Below, in pieces: positions 34,150 to 46,813 of a stretch of DNA of 63,386 bases. Each line of letters starts with the position of its first letter. The stretch's first letter is position 1. The translations under genes and the position numbers were made by a program. The notes under the pieces are model-generated. The model was not told the DNA's origin and made no database searches. It was given only the letters and a program-made list of their open reading frames with translations. This DNA comes from Chara braunii (taxonomy: Eukaryota; Plantae; Charophyceae): positions 120,706 through 184,091 of the forward strand of contig BFEA01000026.1 in assembly GCA_003427395.1 (NCBI GenBank). The letters are read 5' to 3'.

Positions 34150-37140
34150 AATGTTTGCTCTTTGTCTTGCTCTGTCTGAGGTCATGCAGACCCCCTTCTT
34201 GCCTACAGACGGTTTGTCTCATCACCCGACTGGCTTGGCCTCCGGTTTTGTGTTTTTGTTAGCCATTGTGATAAAATCAGTCCTCTCCTTGGGTGAACGG
34301 CAGCCAACTGGAGACTTCTTGCCCAAGTGTGAAGGAACCACCGGATCTGTTTCCTACTTCATTTTTCAGAATTCGCTTTTTTCTTCCAGTCCACCCGGAT
34401 AACGTGCTTCAGGCCTTGTTTGATATGACTTTTGACTTCGAGGTTTGAGAACGAACGCTTATGGAATCTCGACCTGCTCTTGTCTTTCCAAATAACCTCA
34501 CAGATGAGTCCTCTCACAACATGTGCAATGTACCCCAAGCCACGGTGTCCGGATACTTAAAATGGAAGAAAACCCAGTAAGATCCATCTCTCCTCCCAAT
34601 CCACTACTTGACCCCTGAACTCCCTCCAGTGATGTGCCCACCAGTTCCAGATTTGCTTGGAGGCCGGACATTCTCACCACAGATGGCGGGTCGATTCAAA
34701 TGGCCATTTACATCTTGTGTAACCCAAATTCACCTTCATTCCTTTACTTACCGACCAAACTGCTAAAGGCGTGACCATCAGTGAGAACAACCAAGGGAGA
34801 CTGGCATGCTTCCCATTGGCGGTTTGCGCGGGCGATTTGAGTTTGGTGGAGGACAGCTTGTAACCGTGTGTTGTCGAGTAGGCTACCAAGCTCAATGTCG
34901 AGCCTTCCTCTGCCTTTCCCGTCCATGCCCAGCCAAGTGGGTCAATATTTAGCTGCCTTGGTGGTCTCATGCCGACCCAGGAAAGAGTGTGAGAGATGTC
35001 TTCTGCTCCTCTTCTCTATAACCCGTGTCTGTGCTGGGTTGTCCCAGATCTGTATTGTGCGTTCGTCCACTCGGGTCAGAGTATTCATTGGGCCTCGACA
35101 ACTCCACCTTTCCACTCTCTGGAAACCACTGGGGAGAATCTCTAGAACCTTTCACACCACATCAACGACTTTTTCCCGTTCTAAGAGATACCAGGTTCCC
35201 GACGGGTCCAATCCCCCCGGGCCGAGAAGACATGACCAGTCTTGCGAGATACTTTCCACCCTGTGCAAACCTCTGAGAGTCCTTTTAATTTATCCTAGTG
35301 GTTTCCAACCTCCCAGGATCGGGGACCAGAGGTTTGCAATATGTACTATGCCCTTCCCGACCCACGCTTGGCCAAATGTTCCATTGGAGCCTGATGCCTT
35401 GAATGGAGTACCTGTAGCCTTATCTATGAACGTTGGGTTTTCAAAGATGAGTTGATCCAACACCTCCTCCTTGGTGACCGGCGGTCGTTGCAGATCTAGG
35501 GGGACCTTGCTCCAGACTTTTTGGATAACTTCCCATAATGTTGATTTCAACTTTCTTTTGCTGAACGACGACATGAAGAGGCAAGCCCAGGTGTCTTCCG
35601 GTCTGTTGAGTTCCTGTTCCTCCATGAGGGTGGTTTCTGCTAGAGTCACCAGTGCTATCTGTCTCGTTGGTTGGCCACCTTAGATATCCAGCCTTGGAGT
35701 TGGGCCTGGTTCCTTAGTGCAGGGTCCACTAGACCTAGCCCCCCTTCCATCATCGGGAACGACGGCGTGTCCAACGCCACTTTCGAAACGCCACTTTCGA
35801 AATAAATCCCTCAGTATTTTTTGCCCTTGGTTTCCATATGGGAAACCAGTCTTCTGATTGCCTTTACCACACCGGTTGCCAGTTCTCTAAGAGTAGTGAC
35901 GAACCAAATAATAGAAAAGAAAGAGACATTGGAAACCAAGGCACATCCTACCAGCGGGAGGTGTCAACCTTTGTCAAGCGGTACGTCACAGTCTGAGCCT
36001 TGACACTATTCGTTGCTGCAGCAGCAAACCCTGCGATGACACTTCTACCTACAAGCTTATCAACCCTCCCAAAAATCTTTCTTCTTCTCCACTCTCCACC
36101 CGTTTCATACCCCACTGAACCTTCAAGTTGAACAATGTTGGGAGCAAGTAGGTGGACTTGTTCCAGTTCACTGTGGCTTCGGAAATAAGTGAGTACTCGC
36201 GCAACACATATTTCAATGCTGACAGTGAAGGAACAATATTTTCACATACAGCGAGCAGGCCATCAACAAGAGCCTTCACCCGACATTTTTCCCCCATATG
36301 CAACTACATACCTCTTATGTATTGGTGTCGACGAATACAGTTCAGCAACACTTCAAGTTGGAGGACGACAACTAGAAGGGCCTGCAGGCAAAGTTGTCCA
36401 AGTGACCTAGACAGTGGGAAAATGATCTGACAGGTGACCATCGATCATAACAGTTGAGGTTGACAAGGAGTACATGGCTATGGTCCAAGCACAAAACGCA
36501 GTCCCAAACCCCATCCTTCTCAAGGTGGTAAGTACGAATGCCCAACCCACCTTGTCATACGTCTTCTCCAGGTCAAGGAGAAGGACTGACGTAACCATGC
36601 CCCCCCTCTGAACGGCTTCCAAGGCTTCTATCATTGTCGTTACGATATTATTAAAGATCAAGCGCCCTTGTACAAATGCCCCTTGATCTCGTTTGGCCAG
36701 ATCCGGAAGGCGCTTGGCTAACCAGCGGGCGAGCGTTTTTGCCAAAATCTTGTAAGAAACCTTCAGCAACGAGATCGGGCACCAATTCTTCACTTCCGAC
36801 TTGTCTCCTTTCTTGAACATCACTTCGATAACTTTGTGTGTCATTCCTTTTCCCAGACGTCCACCCGTGAGCACTTCATTGTAGATCTCCACCAATGGCG
36901 GGCCTAGTATCCCCCAATTTGCCCTTTAAAACTCCACAGTCAAACCATCTACTCCCTACGACTTCCCTTTTGCCATCACCCTCAAAGTTTGTCTCGTTTC
37001 TTCTACAGTGAGTGGACGGTCCATATCCAATCTTGTTGTCACAGGTAGCGTTACCAAGGTGTCCTCCCACATGTCTGATTCTCTTGAAAGATTTAAGTAA
37101 ACGTCATATTGTGGTCGTCAGGTGGTTAAGATGTATGAGT
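34150..37140 (-). mobile_element. Degenerate L1/Tx1-like LINE, ORF2 reverse transcriptase and C-terminal region (5' part missing)
   Basis: ORF 36407..36895 has FKKGDKSEVKNWCPISLL.VSYKILAK, QGAFVQGR.I..NI and LLDLEKTYDKVGW. Downstream fragments are 36049-36303 and 35290-35649, and a CCHC-like end RCKWPFESTRHLW*ECP lies near 34670. Many frameshifts and stops. Confidence 0.88.
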
Positions 37141-37152
37141 AGTACATCCTTG

Positions 37153-38299
37153 TGTTATGATTCTGGTTGTTTGTTGCCTGAAGATCAACACTCGCTCACA
37201 GAGACTTTCAGGTATGCCCATACATACACAGAAGGAAGGGGAGAGGATAGGAGTATCACACCGCACAAGGAGAGATAAACACAGCAGAAGACTTGACCAT
37301 GCGATATGACAGGGTACACTGAAAGTGCAATTCACTCCACTCAATCCTCACAACCAGTCATAGAGAAAAATCGAGCAGATCACATTCAGGAAACAATGAA
37401 ACGATGATAGTCCAGACCCAGTTATGCACTGTTTATTAAACTCATAGTCTCGATTGTGAGGATAACTTCAAAACTACAGTGCGGTGCTAAGAAATGAGCA
37501 AAGCTTCACTCCCCAACCCTGATTAGCACCCATAACACCCCCTGAGCCCCTGAAACATCAAGCGCTACCCAGATACAACCTTTTGAGGAAAGCGTCACCT
37601 TGAAACAGGCCTCTAAGGCCAAGCGCCACTCAGAGGATGAAAAAGAAGACCAACGCCACAGTATCTGCTGATGACGAAATGTCGGAAGACTTCCCAGGTG
37701 GAAGTTTGCAGCAGCGTCACCAAACCCTGACAAGATTATCTCTAAGGATGAAGCTGCAGCTATGGCTGCAGCACTGCAAACCTGGAACCCCACTCCGAAG
37801 GAGGGTCCAGCAGGGCACCAATCTCTCTCGCCTCCAGCAAACCTGGATAACCCGGACCTCTGTTAGCCCCTGCGTGCTGGCAGAGTACAATGCAGGTCCC
37901 AGCTATGGCCGGCGCTCCGAAGGTCTGGCTATGCCTGTCTCCTTCCACGCTGAGCCGTCACCACTTCCGGTTCACGCATAGCACAGCAGCGATGTACTCG
38001 GTACCAACTGCCAAAAGCCCTAAACCGATGTCCCCATCCTATCTATAGACTACAACTAGCCTAGACTCAACCTAGACCAGACTGACTGACCGACCAGTAC
38101 CGTATCTGTTTCGGCCACTACCGGACCCGGCTATAGGTTATAGGACCGTCTATCAGGATATGCCCTTAGGGTCTGTCTGTCCTCACAGGTAGGTCTCTCG
38201 GGTAGCCCTCAGCCAAACAAAATTACGAATCTGTCCTACCTATAGTACAGCCTCGACAGAGAGAGGCTACAGGCAACCAGAAAACAACAAGTCATTGCA
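37153..38299 (-). repeat. Putative 3' LTR of the gypsy element
   Basis: Plus-strand ends are TGTTATGA...TCATTGCA (imperfect inverted termini). A polypurine tract GGGGGAGGGTAGG lies immediately before it on the minus strand (~38302-38314). Confidence 0.6.
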
Positions 38300-41200
38300 G
38301 ACCTACCCTCCCCCGGAGCGAGGACCTCCGAGCTAGGGGCGTAGGCGTGCGGAGCGCCGATACTCCCTTCTGTGCTGCCTTATATTTGAGGATAACTGAC
38401 CTGGTAGTCTTCAGAAGTTCCTTGCGAGTAAACCAACGGTCATCAGTATGTGGCTGGTATAAGAACTTCACAAGGTACTCCTTATCTTGACATGTACCTG
38501 ACTCATCCTCTACGGATTCGACCTCATACCTCTCGCTAGGAATAGGGGGACCGAATTGAGGAGGCCTGTCTGGGAATGCATCAGCTAGCGTAAACGGCAA
38601 CAGCTTAGATGCATGGAATAAAGGGTAGGTTTGTAGATGCAGAGGGACATCCACTGTATAGGATGGTCCAAATGGATCGGCTCCCACAGTATTTAAGACC
38701 TGCCATGGACCCATATATCGTGGCAACAGCTTAGGCGAAATGTCCTCCTCTCGTGACATCTCAGAACTGAGTACCCACACCCAGTCACCTGTGCGAATAG
38801 TAGAAGGACGTCTGTGCTTGTTAGCCTGCTGAATCATGGCCTTTTGGGCTTTCAACAGATTGACACGGGCGCGCTCTATGTCCACACGGTAACGCCTGGT
38901 GAACTCTGCAGTTCCAGGTGTCAGCGTAGGGGTAGCCTTATCGATGATGTCATCGAGAGGCTGCCGTGGTTCACGACCCCAATGCAACCGGTAGGGTGTG
39001 AAGCCAGTAGAGGAGTGTACAAACGTGCTATACACAAGTTATGCATGACTCAGATGGAGATCCCAATCCTGCTGATCGGGGTTGATCACAGGATGCAGCA
39101 ATTGGAACAGAATGTGGTTCATCACTTCAGCCTGTCTATTGGCTTCAGGATGACGACCAAATGTCATATCCAATCGAGAATGAAGGTAATCCCTGCAGTA
39201 GGATTGCCATTCATTGCTGCAAAATCGGGGATCTCTGTCACTGACAATAGAGGTGGGTGGTCCATGATGTGTGACCCACCTGTCAGCAAACGCCGCCTGA
39301 ACGGTTGACACACGAGCCTCAATTGGTAAGGGGATGAACTCAGCATATTTGAAAAACTGGTCCACACATACTATGGCCTGATGCATACCACGAGAAGTAG
39401 TCTTACCCGAGTCAGTAAAATCAATAGATACTGACTGTGCAGGAGCATTGGGGATAGGTAATGGTTTGAGTAGGCCAAGGGGAGGTCGATGTACAACCTT
39501 GTTCCTTTGGCATAACTCACAGGTTTCCACATAGTGCAGCATGTCACTCCTCATCTCATTCCAGAAGAAGCGCTGCGACAGGGCTGCATAAGATTTGAAG
39601 GCACCAAAATGACCACGAGCATCATGACACTCTGACATCAGAAGTGTCCTCAGCTTATGGTTCTGGGGAATGCACAGGTGCTCCTCACCTCTGCTACATG
39701 TGTACAACAGACCTGAAACCATAGTATATTCTGGTTCAGAGGCAGAATCGTCTTGGAGATTCCTCACAATAGGCCCAAAGATCTCATCCTGGGGCAGCAA
39801 CTGGGCAATGGTCTGACGAGTCTTCTCACCAAATGAGTGAGTAAAGGAGATTAAGAAGAGAGCGTCAGACCTACGAGAAAGAGCGTTTGCTACTCGATTG
39901 TAGCAACCTTTTTTGTGTATCAGTTCAAAGTCAAACATGTCAATGAACTGGATGTAGCGAGCAAGCTTGTCATTCAGTTCTCCCTGAGACTTCATCCACT
40001 GCAAGGTGGAGTGATCTGAAAAGATCTTAAAGTGTCTGCCCAGGAGGAAGTGTTTCTAATGTTAGAGCGTTGACACAAGAGGATAAAGCTCTTTCTTATA
40101 GGTAGAATCCTGCAACTTTTTTGTTTTCATCTTCTTGCTCATGTATTCGATAGGCTGCAGACCATTCTCATCATCCTGTTGAAGTACCTCCCCTACTCCA
40201 TACTGACTGGCATCAGTAGTAAGCACGAAAGGCAGGGTAGGGTCAGGTAACTTCAAGACAGGGGCACGAATCAAGGTCTCCTTGAGACGTGTGAAAGCCA
40301 CCTGACATTCTGATGTCCAAAAAAAAGAAGCGTTTTTCTTTGTGAGATCAGTCAAGGGAGCTGCAATGGAAGAGAAGTTTTTAATGAACTTCCTGTAATA
40401 TGATGCAAGCCCCAAGAATGACCGGATATCACGAATGTTAGCAGGCCGCGGCTGGTCCTGAACTGCAACGACTTTCGTTGCTTCATGAGCCAACCGCTCT
40501 CCAGAAATGACGTGTCCCAGGTAGACTACAGAGGGAACTCCAAAAGAGGACTTCTCCCTGTTGATCTTGTACTGGTTATCACGTAAGGCCTGGAGGACCA
40601 TAGCCAGATGTTGCGCATGCTCATAGACAGAACGACTGAATACCACGATATCATCAAGGTAGACAACTACGAACTTGTCCAGGTAAGGCCTGAGTATGCA
40701 ATGCATCTCTATTTGGAAGGTGACTGGCGCATTGCAAAGACCGAATGACATGACCAGGTACTACATACCTGGTTTTGAAGGCTGTCTCGTGGACATCGCC
40801 TTCAGCCATCTCAATCTGGTGATAGCCAGATTTGAGGTCGGTCTTGCTAAAAATGGTACAGCCCTGCACCATATCCAACAAATCATCAATGCAAGGAAGG
40901 GGCTCTGTAGACTTCCTCGTGATTTTGTTGAGACCTCTATAGTTCACACACATTCTGAACTCACCATTCCCCTTTGGAACAAAGAGGACTAGTGTCCCAA
41001 ACTCAGATGTGTTGGGCCTGATCCAGCCCTTGTTGGTCAAGGTCTCCAACTGTTTTCTGAGCTCTTCAAGTTCAGCAGGGGACATCCTGTAGACTCGGCC
41101 CTTCGGAGAAACCGAACTAGGCAGGATCTCAATCTTATGTTTGGTCTGCCTATGGACAAGTTCAGTAGGCTCCTCCATAAGATCAGAGAAATTGTCTACA

Positions 41201-41700
41201 ACTTGCTGAATCTAAGAGGGACAGGGAGCAATCTCCACGTCAGTCTGCGTGACATAAGCCACAAACAGATGGGTGTGGTTAGTCTGGTGTGAGAATCGCA
41301 GAAATCTGCGAGCACTCATACAATAGCAACTGCTGACCGGATAGTACTCGTCAGCGAGCATGCAAGGGCGATATACCCCATGCCGGTCAGGTAGCTCAAC
41401 CCTGGGGATCCGCCAGTCGATCCTAGGGTTGGTGACAGCAAGCCACTGCATAGAGAAGACCAGGTCAAAGAGAACATTAGGAAACACATAGAAATTCAGG
41501 CGATGCCTGATTTCTCCCTGCTTGTCAAAGGACACATGTAGGCCCTTGACCGCATTAGTGGTCCTGACTGTGGAGGAGTCTCCAATGCGTACCTCTATAG
41601 GTTATCGCAATTTCACCAACCTCTGATCCAAGTGCAGCTTGCTGACTACCTTGGGAGAGATGAAGTTGTGAGTAGCCCCACAGTCTAAGAACCCTTTGAT
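38292..41700 (-). pseudogene. Gypsy pol (protease-RT-RNase H-integrase-chromodomain), disrupted
   Basis: ORFs 41212..41535, 40654..41178, 40062..40751, 39039..40004 and 38292..39035 are consecutive pol pieces. Confidence 0.92.
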
Positions 41701-44137
41701 CTTGGCTCCTAGGATAGAGAGTCAAAGTAGGATGAACTCTGACTTATGTTTTTTCTTCTCCTGCAAAGACAGGAAAATATCAACAAGACACTGAGCATCC
41801 TCCTCCTTTCACGTCTCATCTAAAGAAAGAAGAACCAGCGAGAGACTGTGAAGATTCACCTTCATCAGAAAGTGAATCAGCACTGGTGGAAGAAGCTGTT
41901 GCTTTCACTTCTCTCTGCTCTAGTTTTTTGAACTAGAGTTGCCTGTAGACCTGCGAGGCATGCTGGGACAGTCCTTCAGGAAGTGGTCCCCCTCGCATCT
42001 CAGGTAGACCCCATTGTCCTTCCTCTTCCTCCATACCCCCTACTAGATCCTGAGTGCATGTCAGGGAAAGGTGGAAGGATCAAGCGGATCAGCTGGCTAG
42101 CGGACGTCATGTGGTAGAGGTACTCTCTGGGCACCAGGGGAAGAGGCACATCCCTTTCCTTTCCCCTATTTACTGGTTGATGCTTTTTAGGCAGGGGCTT
42201 TACCCTTTGTCAGACTCATCAAAGCATCCGCCAGGGCAAGAACAGCGGAGTCTGCAGCAGCTGGTGAGGCAGTCCCAGGTGGAGGGCTCCCACCCTGAGA
42301 TGTTGTGTCACTATCTGAACCAGAAGCTCAGCAGTAAACAAGGCACTCTTCCTCCTCCTTCGCCCTTTGGAGGAGGGTCCCTTCCTTCCTTCAGAAGGTG
42401 TTTCCTAGACATGGAGTTTGGACTCCAAGTCCAAGGCTGCTCTGCCAAAGCACCACCAGTCCTTGTGGCCCTGAGAGAATAAAGCAAGCTGGAATTGCTC
42501 AGGCGCTGCTCTGAGGAAATTAATGAGCATATTCTGCTCACTTATTTCCAATCTAGGAGTTGATGTCAGACTCCCAAAGGTGGAATACAATTTGGACAAG
42601 GAGCCATCAACCGACCCCGCCATGAGAACTATAGAGTTGTCGCAACGAGATTCCATGTGCAAATACACCCCGCCGTTAGGTCGATGAGATACGGTAGACT
42701 ACAAACGCCAATTTATCTCCCCTTGTCCCTTACGCTCCCATCTCTGGGCATTGCTGTGACATTTCATCTTGGTTTATTTACCGTCCTCCATCCTGGATTT
42801 ACGATTGAGAGAGAAAACCCGATAAGTTTGAGGGAACTTACTCCCTAGCCTTCACGGAGAACGCCTTGGTAACTCTATGCTCGCCGGTTGAACTCCCCTG
42901 TTACACCCACCTTTCACTAATGTCACTATGTATTGTCACGATTCTAACAAAGTCTGTATTTTTTTTATTTTATTTTTTTCGGAAAAGGTCTGTATTTCAA
43001 CTGTTCATGGGTGTATCCACTATAGTGGTATCTAGAACAATGTCATGGCAGTTCTCTGAAAGTTCATGATACAACGGTGCTATGTTCGTCTTTATAAACT
43101 GCAAGTACACGTTCCGTAGCGGATTTTTATTATTATTGTCTGAGTAATGTTGGCGGATGAGATATGTTAGTTTTTTAGTTGTACTTGCACTTGACTCTGC
43201 TTACGATGGCTTCCTCGGCCCCATGCCCCGCTATCTACTCCCCCAACAAACGCTGACAAAGAACGAATTCATGATTTAATGAAATGATGTTTTAATAATG
43301 AAATTCTTCCATACAAGCCAATTGTTATAGTGAGTTTAAATCTTGTACGTATCCAGGCAAAGTGGTTGACCAAACCTCCAGTTTCAATCTTTAATGGCGA
43401 TGAATCTTCCTCCCTTTCTACGGAGGTGAAAACAAGATTAGTTTGTATTTACGAGAACAGGTGGGCGACATCCGAAAAAACAAGCGCCCCGATTAAAAGG
43501 GAACTGCTCAGGAATGAAGGTTGTAATCTAATAACCTATGTCGCGTTTGCCAAGGAAATTGCAGTCTGAATGCTCAAGAAGAGAAAGGACAAAGTAAACC
43601 TTGAGGATGATGTCACATACTCCGTCTCTTTTCAACCATGGATACCCGAAAGTCAACTCTCCAATGGGAGAGCTGCCATGAAGCATAATATTTTTTTGAT
43701 AAGATGTTTAGATAATTCAGTCTCGGCACTATGCCCTCTGGAAGGGGCTTTGGAAGATGCCTCCCAACCGATTGTGAAATAATATATACCCTACAAAAAT
43801 TCTTTGATCCTAGATCTTCTTGATGTTCGCCTGAACCTTATTCTTTCTGCCAAGCTAAGGTATAAACAACGTTTAATTATGGACATGGGCGAGTTCGGTG
43901 AGGTTCACCTATCAATTCAGTATGCGACCACACCCTAGTGTGTGACCTGTCATCGTCACTTTCATAAGGCCTCTGATGAATGTTACCCTGCTAAGCAGAA
44001 AAAGAAGATATCAGCGAAGGAAAAAACAACAAGGTAGCCGTCCCTTCTTACAAACATAAAGTATTAATCGAAAAAGAGAGGGAGAAGGAGAGGGATAAGA
44101 AGGCAGATAAGGAAAAGGATAAGAGAATGAGAGAGAC

Positions 44138-44196
<59 letters not shown>

Positions 44197-45324
44197 AAAG
44201 GAAGAGAAAGAGAGAAAAAAAAGGAAGAGGAAGAAAGAGAAACAAACGACATGATGAGAGTGAAAGGGAGATAAAAGAATAGAGAACAGGCAATGAGAGA
44301 GAAAATGAGATATAGAAAGAGAAGGAAAATGAGAGGGAGAGAGAGGAAAAAAAAAAACAGATATATGAGAGGGAGAGAGCGAAGAGATGAACGGAGGAGA
44401 GAAAAAAAATTGAGAAGGAAAAGGAAAGTAGGTGGACAACGAAAGGAGTGGATTGCTGGGGGAAGGGGGTGAGAAGAGGCCTGGGAATCTAACGATTGTA
44501 GGATGCGGTTCATGAAAGGAGATTCAAAAAAATCCTCCTGCGACTAACGAGCAAACGGTAGAAGGAGAGGAGGGCAGCCATGTGCAGGCGGAGTTTGGGG
44601 AGATAGAGGATATCCCCAGAACTCGGGATCTAATGTCGGAAAAAAAAAATACATCTATCTCCCCATTTATTTTGGATAGTAAAAAGTTGAAGAAGAAAAA
44701 ACGGAACAAAGTTGAACTACCGCGAGAGACAATCACAGGGAAAGTGGGGGTTCACCCTTACCATATTCTTAGAGTTGAAAGATCAGATCCCCCTTCTAGA
44801 CGTATCTGATTCCGAATCAAAGATCGAAGAGGCGGGTGAGGTTGAGGGACTTGTCCCGGATGAATGAAGCCTTGAATCATAGCAGCCTTTAAAAGCAGGA
44901 AGGGGTAACCCCCCCTTTGAATTGGATTTCTCAGTTCCGGGTCTCTTTAAGGGTCAATGTTTTCTAGATCTAAACAACAAGTTAAACAATTATTTTGTGA
45001 AAAGGCATGATATAGTAGATAAATGAATCTTGGGAAAGAGAGTTTCAAGGATGGGGACAATATCCCTACCCCCCCTTCCAAGAAGAGAGGTCAGACAGCT
45101 AGATCTACAAAATTGTTTTTTAATTATCGCTGAATCGATAACCATATTGAGCAAGTCGGACTAAAGGAATAATCAGTCCCGCTAATTTGCTTCTCCAATG
45201 GGGTTTATGATCACGGCAAATAAGAATGTACATCATTTTTGTCCTGGTCCCACAAAAATCCTCAGATGATCTCCTGGTCAATCTAATAAACCAACATGTT
45301 TTGAATCATTAGGGGAGTTGTGTG

Positions 45325-45840
45325 CAACAGAAAAATTCCCACGAAAAAGGGAAAAAACATTCCATAAAAAAAAAATTCTTCATATTTATAAATTATCATT
45401 CTAGTGTTCGTTAAATTCTAAAATTTTCAGTTTTATTTGATAAGTTTCCGTCTAAATATGAGATTTCCCTTCCAACTACATCTATTTGTTCAAGATGGAA
45501 TGAAAGTCTGGACGAGTTTATAAAATGTTTTAATTAAATTTTCATTCTACTACAACAAATATCTTCTAATTTAGATTGGATTAACCTATTTATGACTGAA
45601 AATTCTTACTTAGAATGACAGTCCAATTAAAATATTTCATGAACTCATCCAGACTTTCATTCCATCTCTAGCATGCAGTCCAAATAAGAAGGGATACCCT
45701 ATTCTTGGAATGAAAGTTTGCAAGTAAGATAAAAAATTTTAAAATTGGAATGACATTTTTGAAGATGTAATGAAGATTTGAAATTTAGATTGTAATTTTA
45801 TTATAGAATGATTATTTAATTCTAAGAAGTTTTTCCGTTG
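45325..45840. mobile_element. AT-rich MITE copy 1, CAAC...GTTG termini, 2-bp TG TSD
   Basis: TG|CAACAGAAAAATTC ... GAAGTTTTTCCGTTG|TG; closely similar along its length to 46291-46813. Confidence 0.8.
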
Positions 45841-46290
45841 TGGTGTTGCCAACCCCCTGAATGGGCCGCCATGTAGAGGTCCTACTTGAGGGGGGTTGCC
45901 ATGTAGAGGTCCTACTTGAGGGGGGGGGGGAAACCTACTCCATATTCCGTTGCTTGCCTTGAATGCAATACCTAAGTCTTATGAGAATTAGTGTTTAGCG
46001 GGGGTTTTCTAGTTACCTCTACAGGACTTTCTGGTCCAAAGTTGGATCTGATGGTTACAATCTGCCTGCCAGCTGCCTTTACTGCTAAAGAGATGGCCAA
46101 GTGGCTAGAGGGGATTGATGTCACTACCAATTTATCTAGAGAGTAATACATTATTAAGCTCTCAGGCTCCCAGTTGTATAGTTCTCCAGGACAATGAGAC
46201 TCCCCGCAGAACAAGCTGAAGACACACAATTAACAGCCTTCATAAAAAAAACTAGCGGCACAGACCACCGCGATGGTTTTGCCTCCTAGA

Positions 46291-46813
46291 CAACATAAAA
46301 ATTCCCACGAAAAATAGAAATTGAAAAAAATATTCTATAAAAAAAAATCCTTCACATTTATAAATTATCATTTCAATGTTCGTCCAATTTTAAAATTTTA
46401 AGTTTTATTTGATAAGTTTCTGTCTAAATATTATTTTTTCCCTTCCAACTACATCTATTTGTTCAAGATGGAATGAAAGTCTGGATGAGTGTATGAAAAA
46501 TTTTAATTAAACTTTCGTTCTACTGGAACAAATTTCTTCTAATTTAGATTTGATTAAACTATTTATGACTGAAAATCCTTACTTAGAATGACTGTCCAAT
46601 TAAAATATTTCATGAACTCATCCAGACTTTCATTCCATCTCTAGCATGCAGTTCAAATAAGAAGGGATACCTCATTCTTGGAAGGAAAGTTTTCAAGTAA
46701 GACGAGAAATTTTAAAATTGGAATGAGATTTTTTAAGATGGAATGAAAATTTAAAATTGATAATATAATTTTACTATAAAATTATTATTTAATTCTATGA
46801 ATTTTTTCTGTTG
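46291..46813. mobile_element. AT-rich MITE copy 2, 2-bp GA TSD
   Basis: GA|CAACATAAAAATTC ... GAATTTTTTCTGTTG|GA. Confidence 0.8.

Larger units (their letters stand above)
37153..42660 (-). mobile_element. Degenerate Ty3/gypsy chromovirus-type LTR retrotransposon (5' LTR and gag start missing)
   Basis: Domain order is gag with a knuckle remnant (RCEGDHFLKDC, ~41965-42010), protease (FLDCGATHNFIS, ~41650-41695), RT (YLDD), RNase H (TDASQYGVG), integrase (H.ARGH...CELC, VSIDF, IVSDRDPRF), then GPW and a chromodomain-like tail (YEVESVED...EYLVKF...DDRW). Stops and frameshifts are present. Confidence 0.93.
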
